Of a stretch of DNA of 64,000 bases, positions 23,481-36,525 are shown piece by piece. The notes beneath the pieces are model-generated. The model did not search any database and was not told where the DNA came from. It saw nothing but the letters and a program-made list of their open reading frames with translations. The stretch is from positions 3,672,081-3,736,080 of the forward strand of contig MU058718.1 of the NCBI GenBank assembly GCA_013265495.1, written 5' to 3'. How positions within the stretch are numbered: the stretch's first letter is position 1; each line of letters opens with the position of its first letter. The stretch comes from Vicugna vicugna (lineage: Eukaryota). A program made the position numbers and the translations under genes.

Positions 23481-25500
23481 CTTGTTAACTTTCATTGTCT
23501 AATAAGGGCAAATCCTATTATAAATGTTTAGAAGAACTTAGGATTCACTCTCTCCCATACCACTTCAAAAATAAGAATTCTGTATTCTACATTATTTTTT
23601 CCAAAGCTCTTTTGAGTCATATGTTAGTCTGCAATTTTAAAACATGTATATTTGCTAACAGTGATTCACATGGACCTAAAGCATTTCTAACGAGGTTCAA
23701 CTCAAATTGAATTTTTATAGTTTTTTTTCCCAAGAGAAGAAATATTCCCATTTAAATAAATAGAAAGTTTACATTGGTAAAAAAAATTAGGGGTAATAGA
23801 TATAACTTTAGCTTTCCTATTTACAACAACTATGACAACCTCAAAAACTACCTTATGGTTACAGCCAGACTCCAAAACGCTGTGTTTTGAATTAGAATCT
23901 GACTCTGAAATCCAGGATCACTAAGTAGTACCTTGATCCTTTTCTCATGCTGGCGGCAGGTGTGGCCTCAGTGTTTAGAAATTTTGTGTGTATCCACTGC
24001 AAAAAGGACTACTTTTTAGGAAAGTTTTGTAACTTCTTTGGAATCTGAGATTGAGATGAACTATGGCAGGGGGTGGGGTGGAAATTGCCCAACCTGGTTT
24101 TTTAGATTCATAAAACCGAAGAATAATAACCCCAAGAGAAAGTCTTAATGCAGAGGTAGATACAGTTCTTTGCACTGTATCGTAATACACAGAATAGAGA
24201 TAAAGTCCTATACAAGCATTTACTGAGTCAACCCTTTAATCATTTATTCAACACGTAGTTACTACATGCCAGTTCCTGTTTTAAGCACTAGAGACAGATC
24301 AGCGAACAAAACAAAACCCCTGCCTATACGGAGTGTAGTTCACCTACAAGGTACTGAGCATTTGGCCAGGTAGTACTTTCAAAAATATAGAAAATGCGTA
24401 ACATACGGGTTGTGGACATCTATAAACACTTTGGCATTAACAGTTCATCCTGTCCTGGGAGAAGCAAAAGAAATGAGAGATAGAAAAGAGTGAACAGTAG
24501 AGGGTCTTATGTGCTAAGCTAGAGTTTGAATTTCATTCTGTAGTAGATATATTACAGATATATTACTGGTCATCATTACTGGTCATTACTGAGTCATCAA
24601 AGCGTTTTTTAATAAGGGAGGGAAGGAAGGAGGAAAGGTTGTACTAAAGCAGTTCAGTAGACAGTAGGTTAGTATTATGTTACACTTGCCAGTCATCTAG
24701 GTTCTGGACTTCAGCTTGAAAGCCGTTGTCATTGCCCTCTGAAATGCTATTATGTAAATTAATTATCCACTCCTTAGTTTTCTCTATTCCCTTAAACCTT
24801 TATACTTGTAGATGCCCTGCTTGAAACTGGGTGTCAAATGAGGAGTTAAAGGTGTAAAGAAGGAAGGGAGATTGGAAGATATTAACAGGAGCAATAATAA
24901 AATTATCCCAAGACTGCTGACAGGTTTTCCCACCTCAACTTAAACTATATAATCTAACCATGAAGATTAGAATATATTTTCTAGACAAGGTTCTATGCAA
25001 AGAAGAGTTTAGGAAAAGTAATTGCCCAAATCTTCTCTCTTTGTTGTAATACATGAGCCAAATTTTAAAATAATCAGTAGGTTGTATGCAGTTATGAATG
25101 GGAGGCTCAAGAATCTGTTGTTAAGAACAGAGTTAAAACATAGTTCACATCCTACACCTCAGAAATTTAAGTTATTTTGGTATTTTTAGAAAATGAATAA
25201 ATGAATAATACCTAATTTATTTAGGTTGAAAAATATCTTCATTTTTGAGCCCTCAAATATCAATCTGTCCTTTTTATTAGTGACTTTTACAAACATACAA
25301 TGCAACAAAACAGCTTGGAATAAGTGGATTTGCTCTACTTGTATCCCTGGTGCCAAGTCTGACGTTAAAGCTGTATTATAAAATAAAAGACTATAATTGA
25401 TAGAAGCCATTTCCCTTTATAAACAACTGTCCTTATGTCAGAACTTAAATTTAAAAGAATTACAGAAATGGAGTCAAGATGTTTCTGGTTCTGTTTCTAG

Positions 25501-25710
25501 CTCTGCAAGAATACTAAAGCAGATGCGATGGTGAAGGATCTGTATGTTGAAAATGCCCAGTTGTTGAAAGCTCTGGAAATGACTGAACAGCGACAAAAAA
25601 CAGCAGAAAAGAGAAATTACCTCCTAGAAGAGAAGATTGCCAGCCTCAGTAATATAGTCAGGAATCTGACACCAGCACCACTGACTTCTACACCTCCCTT
25701 GAGGTCATAG
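25501..25710 (+). CDS. NIN: NIN distal last exon, coding part: LCKNTKADAMVKDLYVENAQLLKALE...LTSTPPLRS*
   Basis: ttctag|CTC; stop TAG 25708-25710; includes track ORF 25528..25710; matches the ninein C-terminus. Confidence 0.96.
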   Translation, partial: LCKNTKADAMVKDLYVENAQLLKALEMTEQRQKTAEKRNYLLEEKIASLSNIVRNLTPAPLTSTPPLRS

Positions 25711-28700
25711 CCAAGCCAAAGGATACACTCAAGAGTTGTGCACTTTACTGAAATGGATGGAACATTTCAGTATGTTCTTTCAAACTTCTTTTTTTTTTTT
25801 TAAAGAACTTTGATGGCTTAAAGTTAAGCCTGACCTAAAACTTCCAGCAACAGAATTAAAGCCTCTATTCACTGTAATTAGTTTTCCTAAATAGACTATA
25901 ATGGGAGTTGCAAATAAATACATATTTCACTGTTTGAATTATTCCCAAGCTTTGAATTTTAAAAGATATTCTAATAGCCATCCAAGAAGGTGATATGAAA
26001 AGAACTCAAGAATATTAAGACCCTAGTTTTGAATGAGTTTTAAAAAAATCACTCTTATGTACAAATTTATCATCTACAAATTGCAGATATTTTAAATTTG
26101 AGGTATTATTAGTTAGTTGTTTTAATCTTTATTCTAAAACCAAACGTTGTGTCTTCTCACGTATTTAAACATGGAAAAGTCATTCTGTTTCTAATAGTTT
26201 TGGTTTTTTGAGTTAATTGGTAGACTTTCTGTTTGGTTACAGAAGCTGGGCTCAATAACCACTGAGATCAGAAAAGCCGGAGCCCACAGAACTCTACCCG
26301 CTAGCACCGATGACAGTATTACCACTCTTGATGTATTACAGATATAAAACCGATTTGCTCAGCTGCACTGTTAACTAATGTTAAAACTTTACTTTCTTTT
26401 CATAGCCTTTTTTCCCCCCTTCTTAGAAATTTCATTTGGGAGTTTGTCTTCTCAGAAATGGATAAAGCCACATTCTTAAAGCATTTGAACTACAGGGTAA
26501 GCACTGAACAAACTGCTTTGGAGTAAACAGCCACTCCTAGAAAAGAGAGAAGCAAACCATGTGGGTTTTTCTCTCTCTAAAGTCTTGGAGTTCATGAACT
26601 TACATTTGGGGTTGCCTCAACAACTCAGGGAACAATACTTTAAGCTGTCTTCCTGAAATACTGTAGGGCCTCTTTAAAGAATTTGAAATGTATAAACCAT
26701 GTGACCTTATTTATTTGTCTTATATTTAGAGCCATAGTGGGATTTTTATTTCTAAATTTTTAGTGAATTTAATCTTCTGGAAAAAAGCCTTGATTAAACT
26801 CTAAAGAGTTTAAAAGCTGTTCTAAAATATAGAAGAATTATTATTTGCTTGTTTGTTTAATATGGGTCAAGATTTTCATGCTTCCTATTCCTCTGCACCT
26901 CAGATCTGATAAGAATTTCTAACTTGATAAGCACTGGCATGCCATCTGAGGTAAAGGAGTCCCAAATGGGATCTTCCATTCAGTCTCCCAGAATGTTACA
27001 GAACAGTAAACATTTGGATAACTTTTTTTTCCCCCCAAATAAAATCTCGTCCTCTAGCCCACCACAGCCAACAGTTGGTAGAGTACTTACTATGTGTGGG
27101 ACACAAACAGAGCTTATCACAGCCACCTATTTGTTTTGGTGGAAGAGTAATTAATCACAAAACTTCACTTTGATGCATTCCAGGAAAGCCAAGCGCATCG
27201 ATTGGTAAGAGGTATGACAGCAAAATCAAACACTGCTGTATGGGCAGGAACAAAAGAAGCAAACTGCTTAAGAAGTCATGTCAAAAACTCTCTCTACAAA
27301 ATAATTTGCACTAAGGAACTTTAGAATTCCTCAGGCCTAACCATCTATTAGTCCCACCTGCCAACACAGGAGTCCTTGCTACCAGGGCCCTGACAAGGCA
27401 TGACCATTTGTGGGACTGGGAGATCATAATCAAGAAGCAGACTTTTTCATTTTTGGACAGTTCTATTGTCAGAAATTCCGGATTTTCCCCTGGAAAAGAA
27501 CTAATTTTAACCCTTTCCTATAATTACACTTCCAAACATTTGTTGTCTGCTATCATGCCTTCCCTGATCTTTCTTCAGTGCAAACATTACTAGTAACCTC
27601 AATGACTTGTGTGGCATTGACTTTAACAGAGAATCTTTTTCACTTAAAACTGTTGATATGCCTAGGTTAAGATCATAAATAAACTAAATTATCTGTACTG
27701 TACTTATGTGATATGCTTTAAGTTACTCGAGGTTTTTGCCATCAGAACTGAACATCAAGCATATTTCTCAAATAGATTGCTTAGCCTATGATCATATGTT
27801 ATATTTTTTATTTTTATTTTTTACATTATGAAAAGTGTAGGTTAATTTGTTTATTTCTTATAAATTTGTATTTATGTGTATATAAGATGTTGTACAATAA
27901 ATGTAAATATGACTTCTGGAAAGTTTTAGACTACATTTAGAGTCCCTTTATCCAAAAGCAAAATGCTGCTCAAATGAAAGTTAATTTAACTAACGTCTCG
28001 GTGCTTACTTCTTGCTTTACTGCACTCATAAGATTGGGAAAAAGATCAACATGAGAAATAGAGTTACCTTAAATTTATACATTTGTGCAGCAGATTACTT
28101 TTGTAGACTAGTTTAGAGTGGGAATTTAACTGGCAACTTAGAATATAGCTTACAGCTTTTAAAAGACCTTTTAAAGAAATTAAACTATTAAATGTTTAGA
28201 TTTTGCTTTCAGACTTTATAATAGAACTCTTTAAAATCACAAGTTATGTCTTATTTCATAGGCATTTAACTCCTTGTTCATTAAAAAGTACTGGTTCCTT
28301 AAATTCTCTTCATTTCTTAAGAACAGTTACTTAGTCTTAGAAGATAGAATCTTCATTTCAAGGAAAGAGAATCAAGTTTGCCTTTGTGATAATGTTACCC
28401 TTAGAAAAGGAAAATGTAGATAAAACCTAGATTGTTCTATTTGCTTTCTTCTGCTTTTTAGAAGCCTGAACTCTTATGCTTAAACCTGTGAAGGGAGAGA
28501 AGTAGAAGGAGAGGGGTAGAACCAAACATAGTATTTTATTTATTTTTCTAAAATTTAATAAACCCAGATTTTAAAAACTATTTTAAATATGAATTCTTCC
28601 CAGAAGCTTCAAATGCATTGTTCATGTATTTAACCTTAAACATATTTTACATAAATAGATCACAAAGTCATAGGCTTTCCAAGTATAGAAGGAGTTCTCA

Positions 28701-29370
28701 CAGGTCTAGTATTTCAATAATGTACAAATACCAAGGGCAGGATTTCTGTTTTTTGAAGAATGAATAAGACTTTATGATGGATTTAACATGTGAAAATGAG
28801 TTTCTCATTTTTGTGATTTTTTTTTTTCTGAGCGAAGGAAAAGAGAAATAAATGTGTTGATATTGTCAGCATTTTCAAGGCAAGGCTAAGTGCTTTGTAA
28901 TAGTATTAAGCAAGCTTTGTTTTGAACAGATAACCTAATAATTCATTGGAATGATATGTAAGTAACACCAAAGCTAAGTCAAAACCTAATAACCGAAGCA
29001 TTCCTTATTTAAAACTTATTCATTGTATCATGTTTGGACTTATCTGAACACCTCAGCACTCTAAAATAGTTTTGGTTTTATGACATATGTATAGCTGTTT
29101 ATTAATAAATACAAGTTAGCTTTTTGTTTCTTAGATTTTTTTGAATAAGTTATATCTATTCTTATGAGAAGACATTATCACATTGGGGACATTGATTTTG
29201 TGAAGGAAAACCTGAGTTTATCTAAAGCCATCACTAGGATTCTTTTCATGTAAAGATTAATGTGTATGTGTTTATATCAACTTTGTATATTTCCTATTAG
29301 CCATTCTGTCCTAGATATATTTTACCAAGAGCTTAAAATGTAAATAAATAATTTTGTAAACACGGCTCTT
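25711..29370 (+). other. NIN: NIN long 3' UTR (end approximate)
   Basis: AU-rich and free of recognisable interspersed repeats until ~29.45 kb. Several AATAAA motifs; the distal one at 29343-29348 is followed by a U-rich tract. Confidence 0.6.
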
Positions 29371-29459
29371 GTTTTCTATACACCCTAAACATTTAGAAAC
29401 AGTTTCAGTATGTTTACCGTTGGTCTTTGAAGTGAAAGCATCAAAACATTGCACTAAAC

Positions 29460-29550
29460 ACATTCTACAAATGCAGAATCTCAGCCCCGCTCCAGACTTA
29501 CTGAATCAGATTCTGCAGTTTAAAAAAACCCCCAAATGATTTGTGTGCAA
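29460..29550. mobile_element. MER5-like DNA transposon fragment
   Basis: aatgcagaatctcagccccgctccagacttactgaatcagattctgca. Confidence 0.65.
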
Positions 29551-29929
29551 TTTAGAGTGCCAGGATTCTACTTCTGTCACAGAATTGATGACTTTCACAC
29601 CAGCCATTTTGAGATCCCTGTACCCTGTGATGGTTCATAATTTACTTTTAAAATCCTGACAACCTCATGCGAGGCTGTGCTTCAGATTTTGGGTGCTTCA
29701 GAGGTGGCATTATTTCACTCTGTCATATTTATGGTGACTCAAAATTTTTTATTTGAGCTGCTTATGAATAATAAGATATATGCAACTATTAGCACAAAAA
29801 GTTAACCTAAAAGCACATTAAGTTAATATGCTGAGTACTAAAATGTAGAATGGAAATACTGGCCAAACTAGATTCATCTCACAAGGCTTGTTCTATTTGC
29901 AAAGCTTCTATACCAATCTCATGCTGCTT

Positions 29930-30050
29930 TTTATGAGGCAGGAACTATTATTATCCCTGCTTTACAGATGAGAAAACTGATAATTAGGAAAGTTAAGACT
30001 TACTCAAGGCCACAGCCAGCTAAGAAGGGGACTCAAGACTCCATGCAGGT
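29930..30050 (-). mobile_element. MIR SINE
   Basis: ctattattatccctgctttacagatgagaaaactga...gttaagacttactcaaggccacagc. Confidence 0.7.
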
Positions 30051-31150
30051 TTGTCTGTATTAGTATGTTGCAACAGGTATCAATTTCTACTTCTGGCAAA
30101 CAACACTTAATCTGAGTTGACTGAATACCTATCATGTGCACTGTACTCTAGAGAAAAATATTAAAAAATTCTTGGTTTTCTGTTTACAATCTGGGGTATA
30201 GTAGTAAGATTTATGCATAAAAAAATTAGAAAAAAGTACACTGAAACAAGACAATCAAGTTTTATTGATGGACTCAGTGCTATGTGCACTAAAATAAGAA
30301 AGATTAGTATCCTCTGGTATTTTAATACAGAAAATGTATAAAGTTCTTAACCTAGTATTAAATGTAATTCTGTACTTCATTGAGATTAGTGTAACCTGTT
30401 TTGTAGTCTCTTATTCATTTTGCAACGAAAAAGTCTTATTTTTCTAATATATAACTGATATCCATTTTCCCATAATGGTTAAATTTTGTCCAGAGGACCA
30501 GAATTTTGACCTAAATGCAAAATGTCTATATTCTGTGGATTGAAAAGTTAAATTTAATATAGAAAGTATGTTATAAGGCACAAAAGTGTTTATTTGGTTT
30601 TGCCTCATTTGCAAATCAGGAAAAATGGCTAATTTTGACAAATAGACGTGTTTAAAAATTAAAACTTCAAAAGAGGAACTCTAAAACTGAATCAGTACAT
30701 CAGTGAAATGTTATAAGAGTAGGCAAGAATGTAAAATAGAGCTAGGTATCTTTATGTTAAAAATAATATTTAATTCTGAGAAATGATTACATAATATATG
30801 CTTTACTGGTTAAGGCAAAGTAAACAGCTCTGAACAGTCTGCAGCCCAGATGAGCATTTACCAATCATTTGTCTTTCCCATTTGGAGATTGTCTTTAAGA
30901 TTTAAATAAGCATGAATCCCATGCCAGGAATTATGTTATCCAGTAAAGGCTATGGACAATAAAAAGGCGCTATTCTTCAAAAGTGACAATGTTATAAAAC
31001 GATTTTTTTAAGCCTTTATAGATGTTCTAAATTAAAGAAGACTAAATAGACGTGACAACTAAATGCAATATCTAACTCTAGACCAGATTCTATACTAGAG
31101 AAGAAAACATGCTATTAAGGACACTGGGTCAATTGAAAAAATTAGAATAT

Positions 31151-31240
31151 GGGGAGGGTGAGTATTGCTCAGTGGTAGAGTGCATGCTTAGCATGCATGA
31201 GGTCCTGGGTTCAATCCCCAGTACCTCCACTTAAAAAAAA
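31151..31240 (+). mobile_element. tRNA-derived SINE (camelid Vic-1-like), inserted in an old L1 fragment (~31020-31570)
   Basis: A-box gctcagtggtagag, B-box ggttcaatccc, cagtacctcc and an A tail. Confidence 0.85.
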
Positions 31241-32686
31241 ATTGATAAAGTCTAATATTTGTTAATAAATTTCAAAAAACAATACATGGATGATTAGAAA
31301 ATAGTATTTTATCAATGTTGAATTTACTGAAGTTTATAAATACTGTGCTTATGTAAGAATATATTCTAAGGAAATACACACTAAAGTATTTAGAAGTAAA
31401 GAACCATAACATATGCAAATTATTCTCAAATGATTCAGAAATACAAAATTACATCAAGAAAGAGAAATCAATGAAGCAAAATGTTTTAACAAATAGATAA
31501 TGAGCAAAAGCATTGTTTGCATTATTCTTGCAAACTTTGAAACGTTTCCAAATAAAACATTTAAAATGTTTTATACAGGAACTGACTAAGTGTGGTACTA
31601 GGCACTTTACCTTCCTTACTCTCATTGCAACTCTGAAGAGTAGACAGTATTTCAATGGTACAGAAGAGGAAACTGACTAGAAACATTCATGGCAGCCTAT
31701 CCATATGCCTGTGGTCTATTAGGAAAAGTTAAGCATAATCAGAAATTTTTCCTATTTCCCCAGGCATACAGAAAATGGGGAAATGGAGACGACTGAGGCA
31801 GTTGGCAGAAAAGGTATAAGCCAAAAGGAAGCACCAAGGGGGCCCATTAAGTTACAGGAGGGGCTGTTAAGCAAACGGATCACACACATACAGAAATGAC
31901 AGTCATGAAGCAACACATAAAGGTCCAGTGGAGGCTCAGGATATTTCTAGTGTATAGTGCCCCCTCCTCTGTCTCTACACTTGATAGCATACAAGGATTT
32001 ATTTTTCCTGAGGTAAAAGACACCCTTTATCCATGTCTACAAATGCTTTTACTTTCTTCCTGCCTTAAGAAGAATCTGACTCAACCAGAGACCTACACTG
32101 GCTATTTTAAGTAAAAGGAGATTACTATAAGGGATCATATTTGGTTCATGGAACCAGAGGGCAGGAAATACAGTGTTCATGAGGTATTAAAACAAAGCCT
32201 TTGGTGTGCTCCCCTACGCTCCCCCTCCTCTATCCCTGTTTCTCATCACATGGTCTCTTTTTTTGCTTCTCTGCACCCTTGGTGGGAGGTGGTAGAGGAG
32301 GGTGTTTGTTTTTCCTGCTTTATATCACTTTCTTGTTTAAGTGCCAAATAGAATCCGACAATTACTTCCAAGTCACAATTCCAAATTCTTAAGGAATCTG
32401 ATTGTCCAGGAGGAGTCTTTGCATAATCCAATCAACTATGGCCAGCAAGGGTCAGAGTCTTGGGGTACAACCTGCACAGGCCACCACAACACAGAGAATA
32501 CGCCCACAGATAAGAGGTTAGAAGATTTAGTGAGGGAAATTTGGACTAAAGATGTGTAAACAGTGGATAAAGATGGCTTTAAAAGGTAGGATCTCAAAGA
32601 CAGATTTTCCTGTTTACTCATATTTTTATAGATGTGTACTGCCTATTCAAACCTAAGCACCATTTTTAAATGCCACCTAGGTGGGT

Positions 32687-32800
32687 CGGGGAATAACAGC
32701 TCAGTGGTAGAGTGTATGCTTAGCATGCATGAGGTCCTGGGTTCAATCCCCAGTACCTCCATTAAAAAAATAAAATATGACACAAATGAACTTAAAAAAA
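32687..32800 (+). mobile_element. tRNA-derived SINE (Vic-1-like)
   Basis: agctcagtggtagagtgtatgcttagcatgcatgaggtcctgggttcaatccccagtacctcc plus A-rich tail. Confidence 0.85.
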
Positions 32801-35800
32801 AACACCACTTTATGACAAATGTCACTCACTATTACTTATGTTATCCTAGCTTTTGTCCTTGTCCCCTGTGCCTACTTCTTTGTCCTGATTCATGCATATT
32901 CTCTGTGCTTCATCAAGGTGTCCATCCAAGTCACAAGAGTATAATAAATGCCACCCATCATATCCTACTTAAGCAACACAATCCTGTAGCAACTTATTTC
33001 AAACACTGCCAGAGAATGCAAAAGTTAAAGGTCTTTTAAAAAACATAATTAAAGGATATTTGTCTTTCTTTGAACTTTTTCAAGGCATCTTCCTTTACTC
33101 TTGAAGAATGGTATAGGAACCCCTCCTATGTGCTCACATGTGCACCCTGTGCATTCCCAGGGAAGCAAGTACCACTCTGTGTAACTGCCTACTAACTTGT
33201 CTGGTCTCCATGAGACTCAGATCCTTTAAGATAATAACTGCTGTCTTACTCATCATGGTATTCTCAGTTGCCAATTCAACGCCTGAAACAAAACTGGTGC
33301 TCAATATTCATTACATGAATGGAAGAGTGTGTACATTTCTATTTTGGGTTTGTCATCCTGTAATGGCACTCACAAAGTATGTGTGCTGTTTCATGTGTAT
33401 GATTTAGTGGTGTTTTTTTTCCTTATTCTTTAAAGGATCAGTTTTTAAAATGTATTAGAAAGGAATTGAGTAAAATTTACCAAGTAATTTAAGGAAAAAT
33501 CATCCTTCAGCATAATAAAAATTAACTGCTATATTCCAGCAGTTGAAAGAGTACATTTCCCTTTTGGGCCCATAAACTGCAATCTAATAACTCTGACAAT
33601 AAGCAGATGACATTTACTGAGGTTAGTGGTTTGTAACAAACAAGTTAAATATCACTTTTTCTAAAGAAAAGGACAAAATTCTAGCAGGTTTTTTTTGGTC
33701 ATGATACTTGGCTTAAGTTATCTCATATAATGTTGCAACTGTTCAGATTTTGCTATTTAATAAATTCCAATATTCTCATTTTTCTGATGGAAGCAAAAAC
33801 TTGAAAATTGGTTCATGTTCTGATTTCATGCAGTGGGGTGAACCTGTGTCTCTAGGTTTGTGCCAGGATGTGATTTAAATGCATTCCTATAGCAAATCTT
33901 CATCCACCTCCTTAAATCTTATAATCCCATGAAACGAGAAGACTAAGTCTCTTCCCATCTGCTCTTCTTTATTTCTATTCTCCTGCTCATTATATATGTA
34001 TTTAAAATAAAGATAAGGCAAGGACCAGTGCTACTTCAGAACAATCCATTAAAATTTTTTCCCCAAATGATAAATAACTTTGCATTCTCCTAAATTCAAA
34101 GATGATACATATTTTAAAAGAATATTCAAGCATTAAAAAAACACTATAAAAAAGTAAAGATTAACCCAAATCCTACCACCCAGTGGTAGCCACTATTAAT
34201 ATTCTGGTGAACTCTCTTCCAGACATAATTTTATGCTTACATATGCACACACATGCACACATTCATACTTACACATTTTTATATAAATGACAGCATACAC
34301 ATATACAGACATGCACATATGGTTTCCTCCACAACGGTTTTCCTCCTCCTACGTAAAAAATGTCACATTATTTCCCTTAACTAGTGTAAAGCTGGCTTCA
34401 AGCTCCTTACTCTCATGTCAGTGGTTGGTCATAATTGGATGGTCCTCCTTTCTAAAACTGTAATAAGAGTCCTATCTCCTAACCTTTAAGCCACCACCCT
34501 CCTTTACCCCCATTTACTGAGGAGTTTGGCCCCTAAGTTATTATCTTCTCAACGAATATTCCTGTCATTCGTTATTCTTGACGACTTCAATTTCCTTGTA
34601 GATCCCAAGAGTTCAGAGGAAGTAAAGAGCTGGGGCAACAAATAAGCTGGGCCATGAATGTGAGAAGGGAGAGTAGGTGGGAGGGGAACATGTGTCCTAG
34701 AGAAAATTTCTGACTGTTGTTTTTCAGATAGGAGACGCTTGAGTTTAAATGCTGTGAGAATATGCCATCAGAAAAAGAGGGACTAACAGAACCAAAGGTC
34801 ATGATAAAGAGAAACAGACAAGAAAATTTAAGATATGTCCAAAACTTTAAAAAAAAAAAAGATGGAAAAAAAAAAAGAGAGAGAGAGAGAACTGAAGATA
34901 TGTCCAGGGGAGAGGTTTAGAAAGAAGCATGGAAGCTAAACTAGGTAAAGAGAGCATGAGGACAGGAGTTGGATGTGGGTAAGTGGTTGATATACAGAGG
35001 GCCAACTGTTAGGGACTTGAGCATCTACAGATTTTGGTATCAGGTGGTGGGGCAGGTGGTGACGTCCTGCAACCAATACCCCTCAGAAACCAAGATGTAT
35101 ATTGAAAAGTGATAGAGACAGTGTTGGGAGTAAAGACTTTCTGAAGTTAGGGTGCTAAATCAGATTAGCTAGAAAGGTAAAAAATTATGTTTAAAAGATT
35201 TCTGAAGTGATCCACATAATAGTAATAAAGTGAGTAGATGAAATGATCAAAAGTGAGGAGATCAAGGGTCTGAAAGGCCAAGATTTGGGATTGCTTTTTT
35301 GTCAGATGCCTGTCCCCATCATTTTATGAAATCTGCCTACCAGCGTCACTATGAATCTCTTCAAGTTGTCCTGCTCCAACATGTAATCCACACAGCCTCC
35401 AAAAGTGGTCCTAAAATAAAACTGCATGTCACACACCTGTTTAAAATCTTACAGTGGCTCCCTCAAGCTCATTCTCTGTTTTTTTTAACATGACTTACAG
35501 GCTCTTCAGTCTCAGAACCTAACCTCCTACCTCTGCTCACAATGCCCCACACCCCACAATAATTAAACCATATTAAACTTTGGTCAACTTCTCAAAGGGC
35601 AAGGCTGTCTCTTGCTGTTGTGTCTGTGTATTGAGTAGGGAAGGAAAGGCAGGACAAACATTTGCCTCCAATTAACCACTCTCCCCTTCTTCCTTAAAAT
35701 AAGAATGTTGAAATTAAACCATGCATATTATTATCCAAATGTAACACTACATCCCCTAGCCTCTTCTGAAGCTAGATGTGGCCATATGACTAGGTTTTAG

Positions 35801-36039
35801 CCACTGATACATACAAAGTCTGGAAAGATGTCTTAAAGGGATAAGATACATCTTTCTTTGTGCCTTCTTTGTTCCTATTGTCTGGAGTGAAGATAATGAT
35901 TGGAGATCTAGCAGCTATTTTGGACCATGAAGGTGAGGGCCTCATCCCATCAACGGAAGAGTGGAGAACTGGAAAAGGCTGAAATGACTGATGAATTCAA
36001 GTAGTTGTCATGTGAGGTATGAATTAAGTCCCTCTGCAA

Positions 36040-36525
36040 TGGAATATTCATTCATTTAAAAAAAATGAAATCTTGCCATATGAAACACATGGTGGATCCT
36101 GAGGGCATTATGCTAAGTGAAGTAAATCAGACAAAGAAAGACAAATACCATGTGATATCCTTTATATGTAGACTCTAAAAAACAAACACGAAAAAACCAA
36201 CCTCATAGATACAGAGAACAGACTGGTGGTTGCAAGAGTCAGGGAGTGGGAGGTAGGTGAAATGTGAAGGAAGTCAAAAGGAACAAACTTTCAGTTATAA
36301 AATAAATAAATCCTGGGGATGTACAGTACAGTCAATAAATGTTTGAAAATTGCTAAGAGTAGATCTTAAAAGTTCTCATCGCAAGAAAAAAATTTGTAGC
36401 TATGTCTAGTAATGATGTTAACTAGACTTACTGTGGTGATCACTTGGTAAAATACACAAATAATAAATCATTATGTTGTACACCTGAAACTAACATGTTA
36501 TATGTTAATTATACATCAATTAAAA
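36040..36525 (+). mobile_element. L1 3' end (L1MA-type) nested in an MLT1 LTR (~35660-36730)
   Basis: gagggcattatgctaagtgaagtaaatcagacaaagaaagacaaatac...ttatgttgtacacctgaaactaac; the flanks carry MLT1-like text. Confidence 0.75.

Noticed and set aside
24545..24598. Micro tandem duplications (agatatattac x2, cattactggt x2) ending in an AP-1 motif TGAGTCA
   Set aside because: Typical slippage duplication with no spacer structure; not CRISPR-like and no evidence of function.
31151..31240. tRNA-like sequences with A/B boxes (also at 32687, 53545, 55762, 61476)
   Set aside because: They have A-rich tails, TSDs, divergent acceptor stems and multiple copies, so they are SINEs rather than tRNA genes.
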